Source: Eledone cirrhosa
Taxonomy: Eukaryota
Assembly (NCBI GenBank): GCA_964016885.1
Contig: OZ024746.1
Coordinates: forward strand, 16,244,001-16,308,000
Length of the DNA stretch: 64,000 bases
Direction: 5' to 3'
Shown here: piece after piece, positions 27,700-41,947 of the stretch
Layout: every line of letters starts with the position of its first letter
How positions within the stretch are numbered: the stretch's first letter is position 1
The notes under the pieces: generated by a model
What the model saw: the letters and a program-made list of their open reading frames with translations, nothing else
The model's database searches: none
Told to the model about the DNA's origin: nothing
Made by a program: the position numbers and the translations under genes

Positions 27700-28516
27700 T
27701 CTCCACCATCATCACCACCATCACTACCACCATCACTATCACTAACATCACCATCACCACCATCACCATCACCACCACCATCACTACCATCAACATCATC
27801 ATCACCATCACTAACTTCATCACCACCACCACCACCACCTTCCCCACCATCACCACCACCATCACTACCACCAACATCATCATCACCACCAACATCACCA
27901 CCACCATCACCATCACCACCACCATCACTACCACCAACATTATCATCACCATTACCAACATCACCACCATCATCACCACCAAAATCACCACCATCATCAA
28001 CACCACCACCCCCAACATCACCACCATCACCACTACCACCACCACCACCACCATCACTACCACCACTACCACCACCACCACCATCACTACCACCACTACC
28101 ACCACCACCACCATCACTAACACCACCACTACCACCATCACCATCATCACCATCACCACCACCACCACCATCAGCACCACCACCGCCACTACCATCACCA
28201 CCACCACCACCACCACCACCATCAGCACCACCACCATCAGCACCACCACCGCCACCACCATCACCACCACCACCACCACCACCACCACCACCATCAGCAC
28301 CACCACCGCCACCACCACTACCACCACCACCACCGCCACCACCACCACCACCACCACCACCACCACCACCACCACCACCATCAGCACCACCACCGCCACC
28401 ACCATCACCACCACCACCACCACCACCATCATCACCACCACCACCACCACCATCACCACCACCACCACCACCATCAGCACCACCACCACCACCATCACCA
28501 CCACCACCACCACCAC
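27700..28516. repeat. (CCA/TCA)n trinucleotide tract
   Basis: Direct reading; source of the poly-Gly/Asp and poly-Val ORFs. Confidence 0.95.
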
Positions 28517-28864
28517 AAATAACACCAGCAACACTGCCCCTCACCCCCAAACATATTCTTTTCTTTTCTGTCTTCATCCTTCCTCATCTACACAATGAGA
28601 AGACCAGCCGCCACAGCACCGGCCACAACCACCCACCACTCATCACTTCCTGTACCCACACATCTTAAGCAAGTGGTTTCTTCTCATCACATTGTCAACA
28701 ACAACAACAATAACAACAACAAACAGGAGGAGGAGGGGGACGAGAGAGAGAGAGAGATAGAGCGAGAGAGAGATAGAGCGAGAGAGAGAGAGAGAGATAG
28801 AGCGAGAGAGAGAGAGAGCGAGAGAGAGATAGAGCGAGAGAGAGATAGAGCGAGAGAGAGATAG

Positions 28865-28899
<35 letters not shown>

Positions 28900-28942
28900 T
28901 AGCAGGTTTGGGGGTGTAGGAAGAGGAGGTGGAGGAGGTGGC

Positions 28943-28974
<32 letters not shown>

Positions 28975-29129
28975 AGCAAGTTGAGGGTGTAGGAGGAGGG
29001 AGAGGAGAGGGAGAGATGGGTTGGAGGAGGAGACTGAGGAAGAGATTGAGGGGGAGGCTAGGTCTAGACAGACCAGCAAATTTCACTGCCACTGTAACAA
29101 CTCAACTGAAAACTGACTATTTCAGTGGT

Positions 29130-31005
29130 TACACACACATACACACACATGGACACACACACTGACACACACATACACACACATACACACACATGGACAC
29201 ACACACTGACACACACATACACACACATGGACACACACACTGACACACACATACACACACATACACACACATGGACACACACACTGACACACACATACAC
29301 ACACATGGACACTGAGACTGACACACACATACACACACATGGACACTGACACACACATACACACATATGGACACTGACACTGACACACACATACACACAC
29401 ATGGACACTGACACACACACACTCACTCACACTGACAATGACACACACACATGGACACTGACACTGACACACACAGACACTGACACACACACACACTGAC
29501 ACTGACACACACACACACACACACACGCGGACACTGACACACACACGGACACTGACACACACACACACACACACTGACACACACACACACATAGACACAC
29601 TGACACACACACACATGGACACTGACACACACACGCACACTGACACACATACACACACATACATACACACATGTACACATAAACATACACACACATACAC
29701 ATATGTACACATAAACATACATACACACATGTACACATAAACACATAGACATACACTCATCCACTCAGACACACACACACTCACACTCAGACTTACACAC
29801 AGACATACACACAAATGAACATGCTCAGACACACAGCTATACAAACACAACCACACAAACACACAGACACACAACCACACAAACACACAGACACACAACC
29901 ACACAAACACACAGACACACAACCACACAAACACACAGACACACAACCACACAAACACACAGCCACACATACTGATACACACACACATACAGACATACAT
30001 AGTCACACAGGCAGACATAAGCATACACCCAACCACTCACACACACATATAGACACACACACACACACACAGCCACAGTATAGACACCCAACTACACACA
30101 CACATATAGACACACACACACACAGCCACAATATAGACACACAGACACACAGACACACACACACACACACAGCCACAATATAGACACCCAACCACACACA
30201 CACATATAGACACACACACACACAGCCGCAATATAGACACACAGACACACACACACACACACAGCCACAATATAGACACCCAACCACACACACACATATA
30301 GACACACACACACAGCCACAGTATAGACACCCAACCACACACACACATATAGACACACACACACAGCCACAGTATAGACACCCAACTACACACACACATA
30401 TAGACACACACACACACACACACCCACAATATAGACACACAGACACACAGACACACATATAGACACACACACACACAGCCACAATATAGACACACACACA
30501 CAGACACACACACACACAGCCACAGTATAGACACCCAACCACACACACATATATAGACACACACACACACAGCCACAGTATAGACACCCAACCACACACA
30601 CACACACAGACACACACACACACAGCCACAGTATAGACACCCAAACACACACACACATATAGACACACACACACACATATAGACACACACACAGCCACAA
30701 TATAGACACATAGACACATAGACACAGTCACAGTATAGACACCCAAACACACACACATATAGATACACACACACACTGCCACAATATAAACACACAGACA
30801 CATAGACACACAGACACAGTATAAACACCCAAACACACACACACATATAGATACACACAGACACACAGCCACAATATAGACAGATAGACACACAGCCACA
30901 GTATAGACACCCAAACACACACACATATAGATACACAGCCACACAGCCACAGTATAGCCACAGTATAGCCACAGTATAGCCACAATATAGACACAGTATA
31001 GACAT
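29130..31005. repeat. (CA)n-based compound satellite
   Basis: Recurrent CATGGACACTGA, then CAGCCACA(A/G)TATAGACACCCAAC motifs between CA runs. Confidence 0.9.
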
Positions 31006-31504
31006 CCAGCAATATTTTAGATCAATACTAGACGCTTGTTTTGGTGCAATAGATTCTTATCACTGCTGCCAACAACTGCAGTATACAACTCCATACTGCT
31101 TACCGTTGCACTCACTAGCAGCAACACTCTCCTCTCGTTAAACTGATATGCTAGCCAATATTAAACATGTCCGATGCCCATTTCTCAGACACAGTATTAA
31201 ATTTCACTGGATATTCATGTGAGCTTAATTAATCAATTAAATAAATGAAAATAATTTTTAAAATTTGGGTTTCACTGCATTTCTTGTTAAATAGAGAATA
31301 ATTTATTTTGTGATTTGTGGTACAGTTTACATTAAGAATATAGGAAATAGTGTTTATTGATAAATACATAGGTATGTGTGTATGTATGTATGTAAGTATG
31401 TATGTTTGTATATATATATATATATGTATAGAGAGAGAGAGAGAGACATATGTATGGGGACATGGAAATGATTGGTTTGGTGCCTGAGTGCACAGTTAGT
31501 CAAC

Positions 31505-31850
31505 CAGGAGTGAGAGACCCTTAGTTCTTATTAGGATATCATTCTAAGAGAAGGAAAATTTTGATATAAAGCCTGCAACTCGATGGCCACTTATGATGTT
31601 GACCTGTTCTTCTTTTTAGATAACTGCCACCATTGTTCAATGAGTGGGATTGGTCCAGTGCAAGGTCTTTCTTCACTTAAAAAAGCTTGAAGCACAGGCA
31701 TCACTTGATCTTAACAACATTCATCTCTTTTCTTTTGCTACAGCATATGCAGAAAGGAATCTAAGTCCTTGGCAGGATTAAAAAGTCATGTTCACCACCC
31801 ATATATGAAAAAAGGTCAAGGGATGGCAATTTTCAAAACTGAGATGCTGC
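31505..31850 (+). mobile_element. Old copy of family C (RTE-derived non-autonomous element)
   Basis: GAGAAGGAAAATTTTGATATAA head and SICRKESKSLAGLKSH remnant align with 34560-34970. Confidence 0.55.
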
Positions 31851-31851
31851 C

Positions 31852-32016
31852 AGTGGATTGGCAGTATCGGTAGAGTGTCAGACGCAATGCTTTGCAGCAA
31901 AGAGTTACGGCCCTTTATGGTCTGAGTTCAAATCCCGCTGAGGTTAACTTTGCCTTTCATCCTTAAGGGGTCGATAAAATGTAATTGCTGGCCTTGTGCC
32001 AAAAGTAGAAACAATT
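31852..32016 (+). mobile_element. SINE family B
   Basis: A/B boxes and central domain as at 9548, small internal deletion. Confidence 0.85.
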
Positions 32017-32031
32017 ATATAAGTATATATA

Positions 32032-32770
32032 GGTGGGGGCTTCAAAAGGTCCATGGAAAAGTACATAGCTAAAAATCATATGCAGGGATTTTGATCTCAC
32101 TGCACCTGGATGTTCTCGTATTAACGTGTGATAACATGTTCTAACATGAACCCTTAAATGCATGTTGCAGTGCAGTGCCACCAGTCGCAAGTCAGCACCC
32201 GCTCCAGCAACATAGCCTCCATCAAAACATCAAATTGATGGTGAAGCTAGGGTGGAAGAGCAGCCAAACCAGTGATGCTCTAGAGCAAGTTTATGGGGAA
32301 AATGTCCCCCTCCCCACACACACACCCAAAATCAACAACCTACAAATGAATAAGTTGTTTTAGAAGTTGAAGAGATGAGGTTGAAGATGATCCCAGCTGA
32401 AGATATAAAAAAAGCTGCTTTGACATGGTCTAAATCACATTGCCCTCATTTTTACACAGGTGGACCTAAAGGCTGGTATCAATGCTTGCAGAAGTGAATT
32501 GACCTAGACCGAGTATATGTTGAAAAATAATTGTTTCTACTTTTGGCACAAGGCCAGCAATTAACCAGTGTATTACTGGTACTTTATTTTATCGACCCCG
32601 TAAGGATGAAAGGCAAAGTTAACCTCGGCGGGATTTGAACTCAGAATGGAAAGGGCCGTAACCCTATGCGTCAAAGCATGGCGTCCGACCCTCTACCGAT
32701 ACTGGCAATCCACCGCCATATGTTGAAAAATAATGAAAATTAAACATAACTTAAACCATTTTTTCCAACT
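32032..32770 (+). mobile_element. Internally deleted Hsmar2-like (irritans-type) mariner transposon
   Basis: TA then GGTGGGGGCTTCAAAAGGTCCATGGAAAA (TIR-like); NIKLMVKLGWKSSQTSDALEQVYGENVP (N-term) fused to DIKKAALTWSKSHCPHFYTGGPKGWYQCLQK*IDLDRVYVEK* (C-term); 3' TIR degraded. Confidence 0.85.
32532..32717 (-). mobile_element. Full-length SINE family B inserted at the mariner stop codon, 17-bp TSD
   Basis: TSD ATATGTTGAAAAATAAT at 32515-32531 and 32718-32734. Confidence 0.9.
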
Positions 32771-32771
32771 G

Positions 32772-33012
<241 letters not shown>

Positions 33013-33213
33013 AGGCGTGTGGCTGAGTTGTTAGGGAATTGGATTCACAATCTTGAGATTGTGAGTTCGATTCCTGGACTTGAGCAAGACACTTTATTTC
33101 ACGTTGCTCCTTCTACCAGGAGTTGCGACCGATAGATAGTATTAGCAATTGGAAAGACCTACGAAACATTGTTTCCTCGGTCTGATTTGATTAAAGATAT
33201 ATATATATATATA

Positions 33214-33520
33214 TTCTTTGTGGTAAATATCATCTCGGTTAAGAGAGTGGGACTGGCTTTGTGCAGTGCCTTTGCTCACTATAAAAGCTTCACGGCACAG
33301 GCATTGCTTTATATCTAGAGATCTCTCTGCACTTGTCCTCACATGGTACCATGGGACCAGCACTATGTGTCAATAATTGTCGCAAGTGTAGTGTTTGTAC
33401 CAGAGTTTTCAAGTCGCTGGCTGGACTAAAATGGCACACTCGTTCAGCGCATCGGTAGGGGTTCTCCTACATTGATATAAAGTAGTGGCCGTACTCGAAA
33501 ACAAGTTGGCAGCCACCATA
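33214..33520 (+). mobile_element. Family C element (5'-truncated) with C2H2 zinc-finger remnant
   Basis: Near-identical to 34665-34970; KCSVCTRVFKSLAGLKWHTRSAHR*. Confidence 0.75.
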
Positions 33521-33656
33521 TATATATATAAAAAACATGAGAAGAAAGAATACTGCGTGGTTGCACATGGGTTACATATGATAAAAATAGTCCTTCGTCA
33601 GTGATTTTCCAACCTTCATTGGTATATTCATCGCTTTAAAAATCATATACCTCCGG

Positions 33657-33688
<32 letters not shown>

Positions 33689-34019
33689 ATTTGGGAATGG
33701 TCATGTTGCTATTATTGCCAAGACAAAGAAACACATACATTGTATGTTTTTTGTGTTTGCCATATGTGTGTTTTATGTGTGTGTGGGTATGTATTGTTTG
33801 TTATTTTTCTGTTTGTGTCTTTATTCTGTCTTCAGTCATTAAGTTGTTTATTGTTACTATTCCACTCATGCTTTCTGTTCAGGCTAGGACTATTTTCTAT
33901 TATGTGAGTGGCTTCCATAATGTGTCTGAGTGTTGCGTCAGTTCTATGTGTGGATAGTATCTTTATTTCTATGTTTTCTATTGAGCCCTCATGTTCTATT
34001 TTGGCATGTTATAGCACAG

Positions 34020-34517
34020 ATGAGCTTTTCTCCTCCTAAAGTTCTCGCCAGTGTTCCTTTGTCATCTAGTTCCACTCCTTGCCTTCTGGTAGTTTTCTCT
34101 ACTTCCACCATCCCACCATTCTTTCCATGCCTGTCTCCTGACCTTAATTGTCTCCTCTACCCTACTGTTCCACCACCAAGTCACTCATCTTCTCCCTGGA
34201 GGCCTACTCCAGCCACAGATTTCGTCTGTCACCTTCAGAAGGTTATCTTTCAGGAATTCCCACTGATCCTCTGTATTCTATGTCCCTATTTGCTCTTCCT
34301 TACTGTCAAAAGCATCAAGTAAATTTGTTACTGGTGGGGTCCTTCAACTTTCACATTCTTCTCCTCAAGGTTGTCCTCTGTCGTTGAGTTTGTCTAGCCC
34401 TGAGTATGAGGTCACTAATTATAAGGTTATGTTGGTGCATTCTTTACCAGGAAGGGACTTTGTGTTTACAAGACAGAGTGTCTTGCCTTCTTGTAAAGAT
34501 AAAATCTATCTGGCTGT
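34020..34517 (-). mobile_element. RTE LINE internal fragment (same family as 24560-26465)
   Basis: Reverse complement matches ~25180-25660 (CAGCCAGATAGATT, GTTGAAGGACCCC, ACTTGGTGGTGGAACAGTA). Confidence 0.85.
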
Positions 34518-34559
34518 CTCTATGTATGTATGTATATATGTATGTATGTATATATGTAT

Positions 34560-34970
34560 GTGAGAGATGACCCCTTAGCCTTTGTCAAGGTAGAATTCTA
34601 GGAGAAGGAAAACTCTGATATAACACCTGCAACCCTGATGGTATCCAATGATGTTGACTTGTTCTTCTTTTTGGTAAATATCATCTTGGTTAAGAGAGTG
34701 GGACTGGCTTTGTGCAGTGCCTTTGCTCACTATAAAAGCTTCACGGCACAGGCATTGCTTTATATCTGGAGATCTCTCTGCACTTGTCGTCACATGGTAC
34801 CATGGGCCCAGCACTATGTGTCAATAATTGTCACAGGTGTAGTGTTTGTACCAGAGTTTTCAAGTCGCTGGCTGGACTAAAATGTCACACTTGTTCAGCG
34901 CATCGGTAGGGGTTCTCCTACATGGATATAAAGTAGTGGCCGTACTCGAAAACGAGTTTGGCAGCCACCA
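34560..34970 (+). mobile_element. Family C bipartite non-autonomous RTE-like element
   Basis: Head CTAGGAGAAGGAAAACTCTGAT, tail RCSVCTRVFKSLAGLKCHTCSAHR*, ends in TA-rich repeat. Confidence 0.7.
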
Positions 34971-35046
34971 TATATGTATGTATATATGGTATGTTTGCAA
35001 AAAGTAAATAGAAATAACAAAGCAAACGACAGAGTACGATGAATAA

Positions 35047-35114
<68 letters not shown>

Positions 35115-35780
35115 ACAGCTAAAGTGTTATAGTCACTAGACAGGTATATTTTATGTCTAACACATTTATATTGTAATATTTATTTTGTACACAAATATCT
35201 ATATTCATCACCATAATGTGATATATTAAAACACACATTTAGATGTATATATACAATGGTGATATAGATGTGTGTACATGATGACAATATAGATGTATAT
35301 ACATAATTCTGATACATATATACACACAATAATATATATACAAAGGTGATATATCTATATAGACAATAGTGATATATATATATATATATATGCACACAAT
35401 GGTGATATATATATATATATATATATACAGAGAGAGAGATAGATAGATATAAATAAAACTGCCCATATTTGTATGTAGAATGTTTGAGTATGAAGCTAAC
35501 AATCTTAACTTCAGCTACTGCTGGAACAAAAGGATGATGCTGTCATCTCCCATCTGGTGTTTATGAGGCTGTTTACTTGTAAACAAACCAAATATTAACA
35601 ATTGTTTCTACTTTTGTCACAAGGTCAGCAATTACCCCACAAATACATTTAGGCATCCACCACATTAAGAACAATTATCAGAAACAATGAACAGACCTTC
35701 AATGCTTGGTCATGTGCTGTTCATGTCTATAATGAGAGCAATGAAAGACACCAAGAGGAAGACACAGGAAACATGGCTGA

Positions 35781-36235
35781 CATCAAAACCTAGTTGAGGT
35801 CTGTAGAGGAAGACCTGGCTGATCTGAACCTGGAGAAGAACCAAGCTCATGACAATGCTAACAAACATAGAAGGCTGAGCTGAGCTGTCAAAAGCTTGTT
35901 GAGGGCTGTAGAGGAAGAGCTGGTCAGGAAGCAGGTATGTGACAAGGGCTTGGAACCATTGAAGGCAAATCCATCAAAACCCATTTGGGGTCTGTAGAGG
36001 AAGTCTTGGCTTATTCGTGCCTGGACAGGAAGCAGGCCCATGACAAGGCTTGCAACCATGGAAAGCTGACTCATAAAAACTTATTTGGAGTCTGTAAAGG
36101 AAGTCCTGAACAGGAAGCAATCCCCTGACAACACTAACAACCATGGAAGACTGACCTGTCAAAACATAGTTGGTGTTTGTAGAGGAATTCCTGGTCAGTA
36201 AGCAGGTCTGTGACAAGGGCTTGCTACGATGCAGG
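35781..36235. repeat. Diverged 85-105-bp tandem repeat, 5 copies
   Basis: Unit starts at 35781, 35886, 35972, 36072, 36157; conserved CAAAAC..TTG..TCTGTAGAGGAAG..GGAAGCAGG..TGACAA. Confidence 0.7.
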
Positions 36236-37058
36236 ATGGAGATGTTTCATCCCCCAATACTTCATAGGGAACAAAGGGAACTAAAGAATAAGATATATCA
36301 TGTGAATATGCCATTTTGTTTAATACCAAACTGCAGCTTTATTGACATATTGTCTTAATATCATTTATGCTCTTGAAACAACATGTTTACTTATGTCTCA
36401 TGACATCATATACTGTAGCTCTGACAATGTTACCTTCATATTTCACATTGAAGAAATGGATGAAGGCCATTCTCTCCACTAACACACCAGTCCTGGTGTC
36501 TTTCCTATATTGTAATTAAACTGTTAACAGTACTGTATATTTACTAAAGAAAATAACTTGTTCCATTACTCCAGTTTAAAACATTGCTATACAGAGGGTT
36601 TTAGGATGTAATGGTAGGGGTGCTATTACCTTGAAGGGAGTGGATGATTAGGGCAGAACAGGTGGGTTGGGGTAGTTGTTTACATAAATACCTGTCTCCC
36701 TGTGTTGCTGTCATATTTTTTCTGTACAATTTATTTATTTCACACTGTTTCTAATTTACTTGGTCTTCATGTTTGTCTGCCACCAAGACAAAGAAATAAA
36801 GCTACATTGTTTGGAGGTGGTGTGGGTGGTCTGGTTGGTGTAGTGGGTGTAGTTGATACATTAGGTGTAGTTGGTGCGGCTGGTGGAGTGTTTGGTGGTG
36901 TGGTTGGTGTAGTTGGTGATGTGGGGTTGTGGCTTTTTTTGTGTGATCCTCCCTCAGGGACTGTGACCCCACTTATAATTTTTTTTTTAATTTTTGTCTT
37001 TCCTCTGGAGACATCTTATTTTATTTAAAGTTATATACATATATATATATGTATATAG

Positions 37059-37122
<64 letters not shown>

Positions 37123-37382
37123 GTATGTATATATATATATATATATATGTATGTATATAGTATGTATACTATATATATATATATATATATATATAGTATG
37201 TATATATATATGTATGTATACATACATATCCATATATATATATATGTATATGTATGTATATAGTATGTATATATATATGTATGTATATAATATATATATA
37301 TATATATACATATATATATGTATATACATATATATATGTATATAATATACATAAACATATATATATAATATACATAAATATT

Positions 37383-37418
<36 letters not shown>

Positions 37419-37596
37419 TATAGTATACATACTATATACATACATATATATATATATACATATATATATATAAATGAAAGTATAGAAATTATTGTGAGCG
37501 TGAAGCCAACAGTATTTCATAATATATAAGTGACTATAACGTCAAAATGGAAAAATATTTAATGTAAGATGTGGGAAAATATACACATATATATAT

Positions 37597-37694
<98 letters not shown>

Positions 37695-38116
37695 ACATAT
37701 GTGTGTGTTGGTGGGGGGTATCTTATTCACTATGTTTCAGTATATGGTGTTTGTTTTTTTCTTCATTCTCCTTTCCACAGTTTAATTTGATTTAAAATAT
37801 AAAATAACCAAAAACTTAGTAATATAACTAACATTCTTATTATCAAGTTACTGTTTTAGACATAATTTAACAAAGTTTCTTACTTAAAATTATAATGGAA
37901 GTGTTTTAGATAAATATAAACATTTTAACCCTTTCATTATCATATTTCTAATGAAAGACACTGCCTGTGATTTTCAAATTACTTGGAAAATAATCAAGAA
38001 TTTGCAGGTTTCTAGTGATAGAACCAACTTTCTCATTAAGATGCTGGCATTTTCAATGAACTTGACAAAGGTTCTTACATAATTTATGAGGGGAGGGTTT
38101 TAAATAAATATAAACT

Positions 38117-38453
38117 GGAGGCACATGGCTTAGTGGTTAGAGCATTGGCCTTGCAATCGAAAGGTTGCGAGTTCAATTCTCAGACCGGGTGATGTGTTGT
38201 TTCCTTGAGCAAGACACTTTATTTCACATTGCTCCAGTTTACTCAGCTGTAGAAATGAGATGATAGGGACCGGGGTCCCTATCATTCCACTGCAAAGTGG
38301 TCGTGGAGGTGCCACGGCAAAAAAGGCACCCAGCACTCACTGTAAATGAGGTTGGTGTTAGGAAGGGCATCCAGCTGTAGAAATCAAGCCAGAATCAGTT
38401 CCCGTCCCACCCTTGCAAGCAGGGAAAAGGGGACGTAAAATGAAATGATGATG
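38117..38453 (+). mobile_element. Full-length SINE family A
   Basis: GGAGGCACATGGCTTAGTGG head to GGACGTAAAATGAAATGATGATG tail. Confidence 0.9.
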
Positions 38454-39629
38454 AATGATAAAGACTTTGTATCTCAGAAACAAGTTTTGTGCTATGTAGA
38501 GTCGGGGACATGCATCGGTGACTGCTGGTCTTTCACAAAACATCCTGCCTAGATTTCTGTCATGGAAAGGCAAACTCCTGGTCAATCAAGGATGGCTTAA
38601 GACCTATGTTCAGTCAGCTATGACAGAAGCACATGGCAACAGTGGTCGGTGGTCATGGTGGGTGGGTCATCGGGACATATACTTTCCTTGCTTTTGCTGT
38701 TATGTTATTATGTTTTTATTATAACTAATATCATCTTTATCCTCATCATAATCACCATCATCATCATCATCATCATAGTGCTATTATTATTACTGTCATT
38801 GTTGTCTGGGAGAAGAGGTGTGTAGGAGTCATACACATACACACACATACACACATATATATATATATGTATATATATATATAGAGAGAGAGAGACCCAT
38901 ATATATATATGTGTGTGTAGTTATTGTTATTATTTCCATTATTGCTGTTATTTCTGGAATTATTTCCTATCCCCCCCTCCCCCTCCTCCTCCCTACATTG
39001 TCTGTTCGACCACCCCCACCCCTCCTTCCAGTCAACCCATCACCCCCTCGTCCCCCCTCTCCCTGTCTGTCTATTGATTTATATATTATTTATCAACTAC
39101 TCTAGCCTGTCATTTTGTCTACCTTACCTGCTGTTTCTTTTATCATCTTGTCGCTTATTTATCTATAATTCAATTTACCATGCTCCACCAACACCTTACC
39201 CCCCCCCCCCTACCCACCCCACCTATCAATGTACCAATACATCCTAACACCCCCCACCTCACCCCCACCACACACCTTGTTTGTTGTCTCTAACTTGTCA
39301 ATTTCCAGACTTTATGGTTATTTTCTCCTCATGACCCCACCCTTTCACTAATATTGTTTCATGTCCACCACCCCCACCCTGCCTCACCTACACTCAGTCG
39401 ATGGGGGGAAGGATAGAAAAAATGGGCTCAGTGCAGTAGACACCCCACACAACTCCTTCATACCCCCCCCCCCCCCCGGGGGCACTCTCACGCTCCAACT
39501 CCCCTACCACCCACTTCTCCAGATGGAATAACAGAAGATGTTTTACCATAATTTGCTACCTTTTCCCTTTCCTTCTTAAGTCAATTTGTCTGTTGCCTGA
39601 CAGTCAATCATCTACGTGTGTGTGTGTGC

Positions 39630-39683
<54 letters not shown>

Positions 39684-39698
39684 ACGTGTTTGTCATTC

Positions 39699-39813
<115 letters not shown>

Positions 39814-39833
39814 TGTTTGTCATTCTGTGCATG

Positions 39834-39887
<54 letters not shown>

Positions 39888-39916
39888 TGTTTGTCATTCT
39901 GTGCATGTATATATAC

Positions 39917-39948
<32 letters not shown>

Positions 39949-39980
39949 ACGTGTTTGTCATTCTGTGCATGTATATATAC

Positions 39981-40035
<55 letters not shown>

Positions 40036-40547
40036 TGTTTGTCATTCTGTGCATGTACATATATATATATATATAATATAATATATATACAAACACATAA
40101 ATAGTTAACACACAATATTTGGGGCATATTTCTAAAATAGTGTTTATACAAGAAAAATGAATCAGGAAAACTATAGAGTAGTGATTGTAACAATTTATCT
40201 CCCTCACTTTTTGAAATATATTGTTTGTACAGCTGATATTTTGGCATAAAATACACTATTCTTAGCTTGAAAAATTATCAAAGGACTTCACATGTTCTTC
40301 AGACTTTGTTCATCATTAAAATCATCATCTAACCATCTTAACTTCTTTGATTGATGAATTTTTGTGGGAAGAAATAATCCCTAACAGGATTCCCTACAAA
40401 TATTGTACTGGCGGAGTACAGCTACCATTTCAACTCTAGGGTAAAACCCTGGTCAAAATCTGCAGTTACTCTGATATTATAATGGCAGTACTAGTAGTAA
40501 AGAGTGTTTTGATTCAATCTCCTCATTCTCTTCTGGACAAATGTATG

Positions 40548-40824
40548 CAAGGCCGGATTTAATGGGTGTGAAAAGGAAGGAACTGCCCCAAGTCCCCTGT
40601 AGTAACGGCTCTAGCAATTTATTTGTACCCTCAGCTGGGCTTTTTAGTTTTAGGATGGTTAGGATTTTTGAATTTAATACCTGTATCTATACCTTTTCAA
40701 TTCCAATTACTTGTGCCAAGCTAATTTTGATATGTAAAATTGGGGTGTTTGCTGTGTATTCTAACTTTTAAGGGTCCCTACCAAACCTGAAGTATCCCAC
40801 CCCTATGGTCTAAATCCAACCCTG
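40548..40824 (+). mobile_element. hAT-type MITE with 8-bp TSD
   Basis: Imperfect TIRs CAAGGCCGGATTTA / TAAATCCAACCCTG; perfect TSD AATGTATG at 40540-40547 and 40825-40832. Confidence 0.8.
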
Positions 40825-41420
40825 AATGTATGGAGTTAATATGAAATATTTACACCCTATCAGATGGTAGTAGTTGTGGTACTATGAGAAAACAACCCAG
40901 TAAACCTACTACATGCTGTGAAGTGGTTGGCATTAGGAAGGACATCCAGCCATAGAAACCATGCCAAAAATGGAACATATGAACAAGAAACAGTCGTTTG
41001 ACTTGCTTGTCTAGCTTCTGTGTGACAACCCATCAAACCCATGTAAGCATGGAAAATAGATATAAAATAGTGATTATGATGATGTAGTGATGGTAATTGC
41101 AACATTGCTGCTGCTGCTACTACTACTACTACTGCTGCTGATGCTACTACTACTAGATATATAATGGCACTAGCACTTTACAGAATGTATTGGGTGCATT
41201 CTACCATGGCACCCGTACTACCACTTTACAGAGTATTTTACTGTTGCACCACCAGTAAAGATGTCACATGTTTGTCCTGATCTAAGAGTCTCTCTCCTAA
41301 ACCCTAAATTATCTCTGACCACCAAATACTGTAGACTCCAGTCTTTCATAACATTTACTTCACAACTCTCCATTCTACTTAATTCTAGTTTCCTGTTCTA
41401 CTGACTTCTTTCTTCTTCAG

Positions 41421-41546
41421 ATATAGATGAATGTTCTGATGGAAACGTAACTTGTGGAGAAGCTTGCATCAATCTAGAAGGTTCCTATAAGTGTATATGT
41501 AGCTCTGTTGGGTTGAAACTTTCTTATGATGGCTATTCCTGTATAG
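41421..41546 (+). CDS. Exon E, cbEGF domain
   Basis: ttctttcttcttcag|AT...ATAG|gtgagt; 126 nt; DIDECSDGNVTCGEACINLEGSYKCICSSVGLKLSYDGYSCI. Confidence 0.95.
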
Positions 41547-41715
41547 GTGAGTAACCTGAACTTTCTTCCAGGTAATATTTTCAAATGATTAATCCCACAG
41601 GTGTACAGGTAAGCAGATTAAAGTTCAGATTTCTTTTTTTTTCTATGTTTTATTTGTACTTGTAACTTTTTATATAATATGGCTTTTATTTTCTATTAAT
41701 AAGAAGTCAAGAGAA

Positions 41716-41934
41716 GGTGGTGGATTGGCAGAATTGGTAGAACATCAGATAAAATGACATTGTGGTGTTTGTTCTGGCACATAACATTCTGAGTTCCAAT
41801 CCCACCAGGATCAACTTTGCCTTTCATCTTTCCAGGGTCGATAAAATAAAGTACCAGTTACATACTGGGGTTCGTTTATTCAACTTTGTCATTCCTCCAA
41901 AATTTCTGGCCTTGTGCCTAAATTAGAAATCAAT
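41716..41934 (+). mobile_element. SINE family B (older variant)
   Basis: A/B boxes, GCCTTTCATCTTTCCAGGGTCGATAAAATAAAGTACC, GGCCTTGTGCC tail. Confidence 0.8.
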
Positions 41935-41947
41935 AACTAGTCAAGAT

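Noticed and set aside
27644-28577. Gly/Asp-rich 309-aa and Val-rich 296-aa ORFs
   Set aside because: Trinucleotide repeat open in several frames, antisense within an intron.
36702-37028. Hydrophobic Gly/Val ORF resembling a membrane protein
   Set aside because: Degenerate (GGT/GTA)n low-complexity tract without splice support.
37830-38110. TTAACCCTT piggyBac-like end in an AT-rich repeat (related pieces ~59600-59910)
   Set aside because: Repeat is real but no matching second TIR or TSD could be identified.
38117-38190. tRNA-like sequence with A and B boxes
   Set aside because: No acceptor stem; continues into the SINE body and is multi-copy, so a SINE head rather than a tRNA gene.
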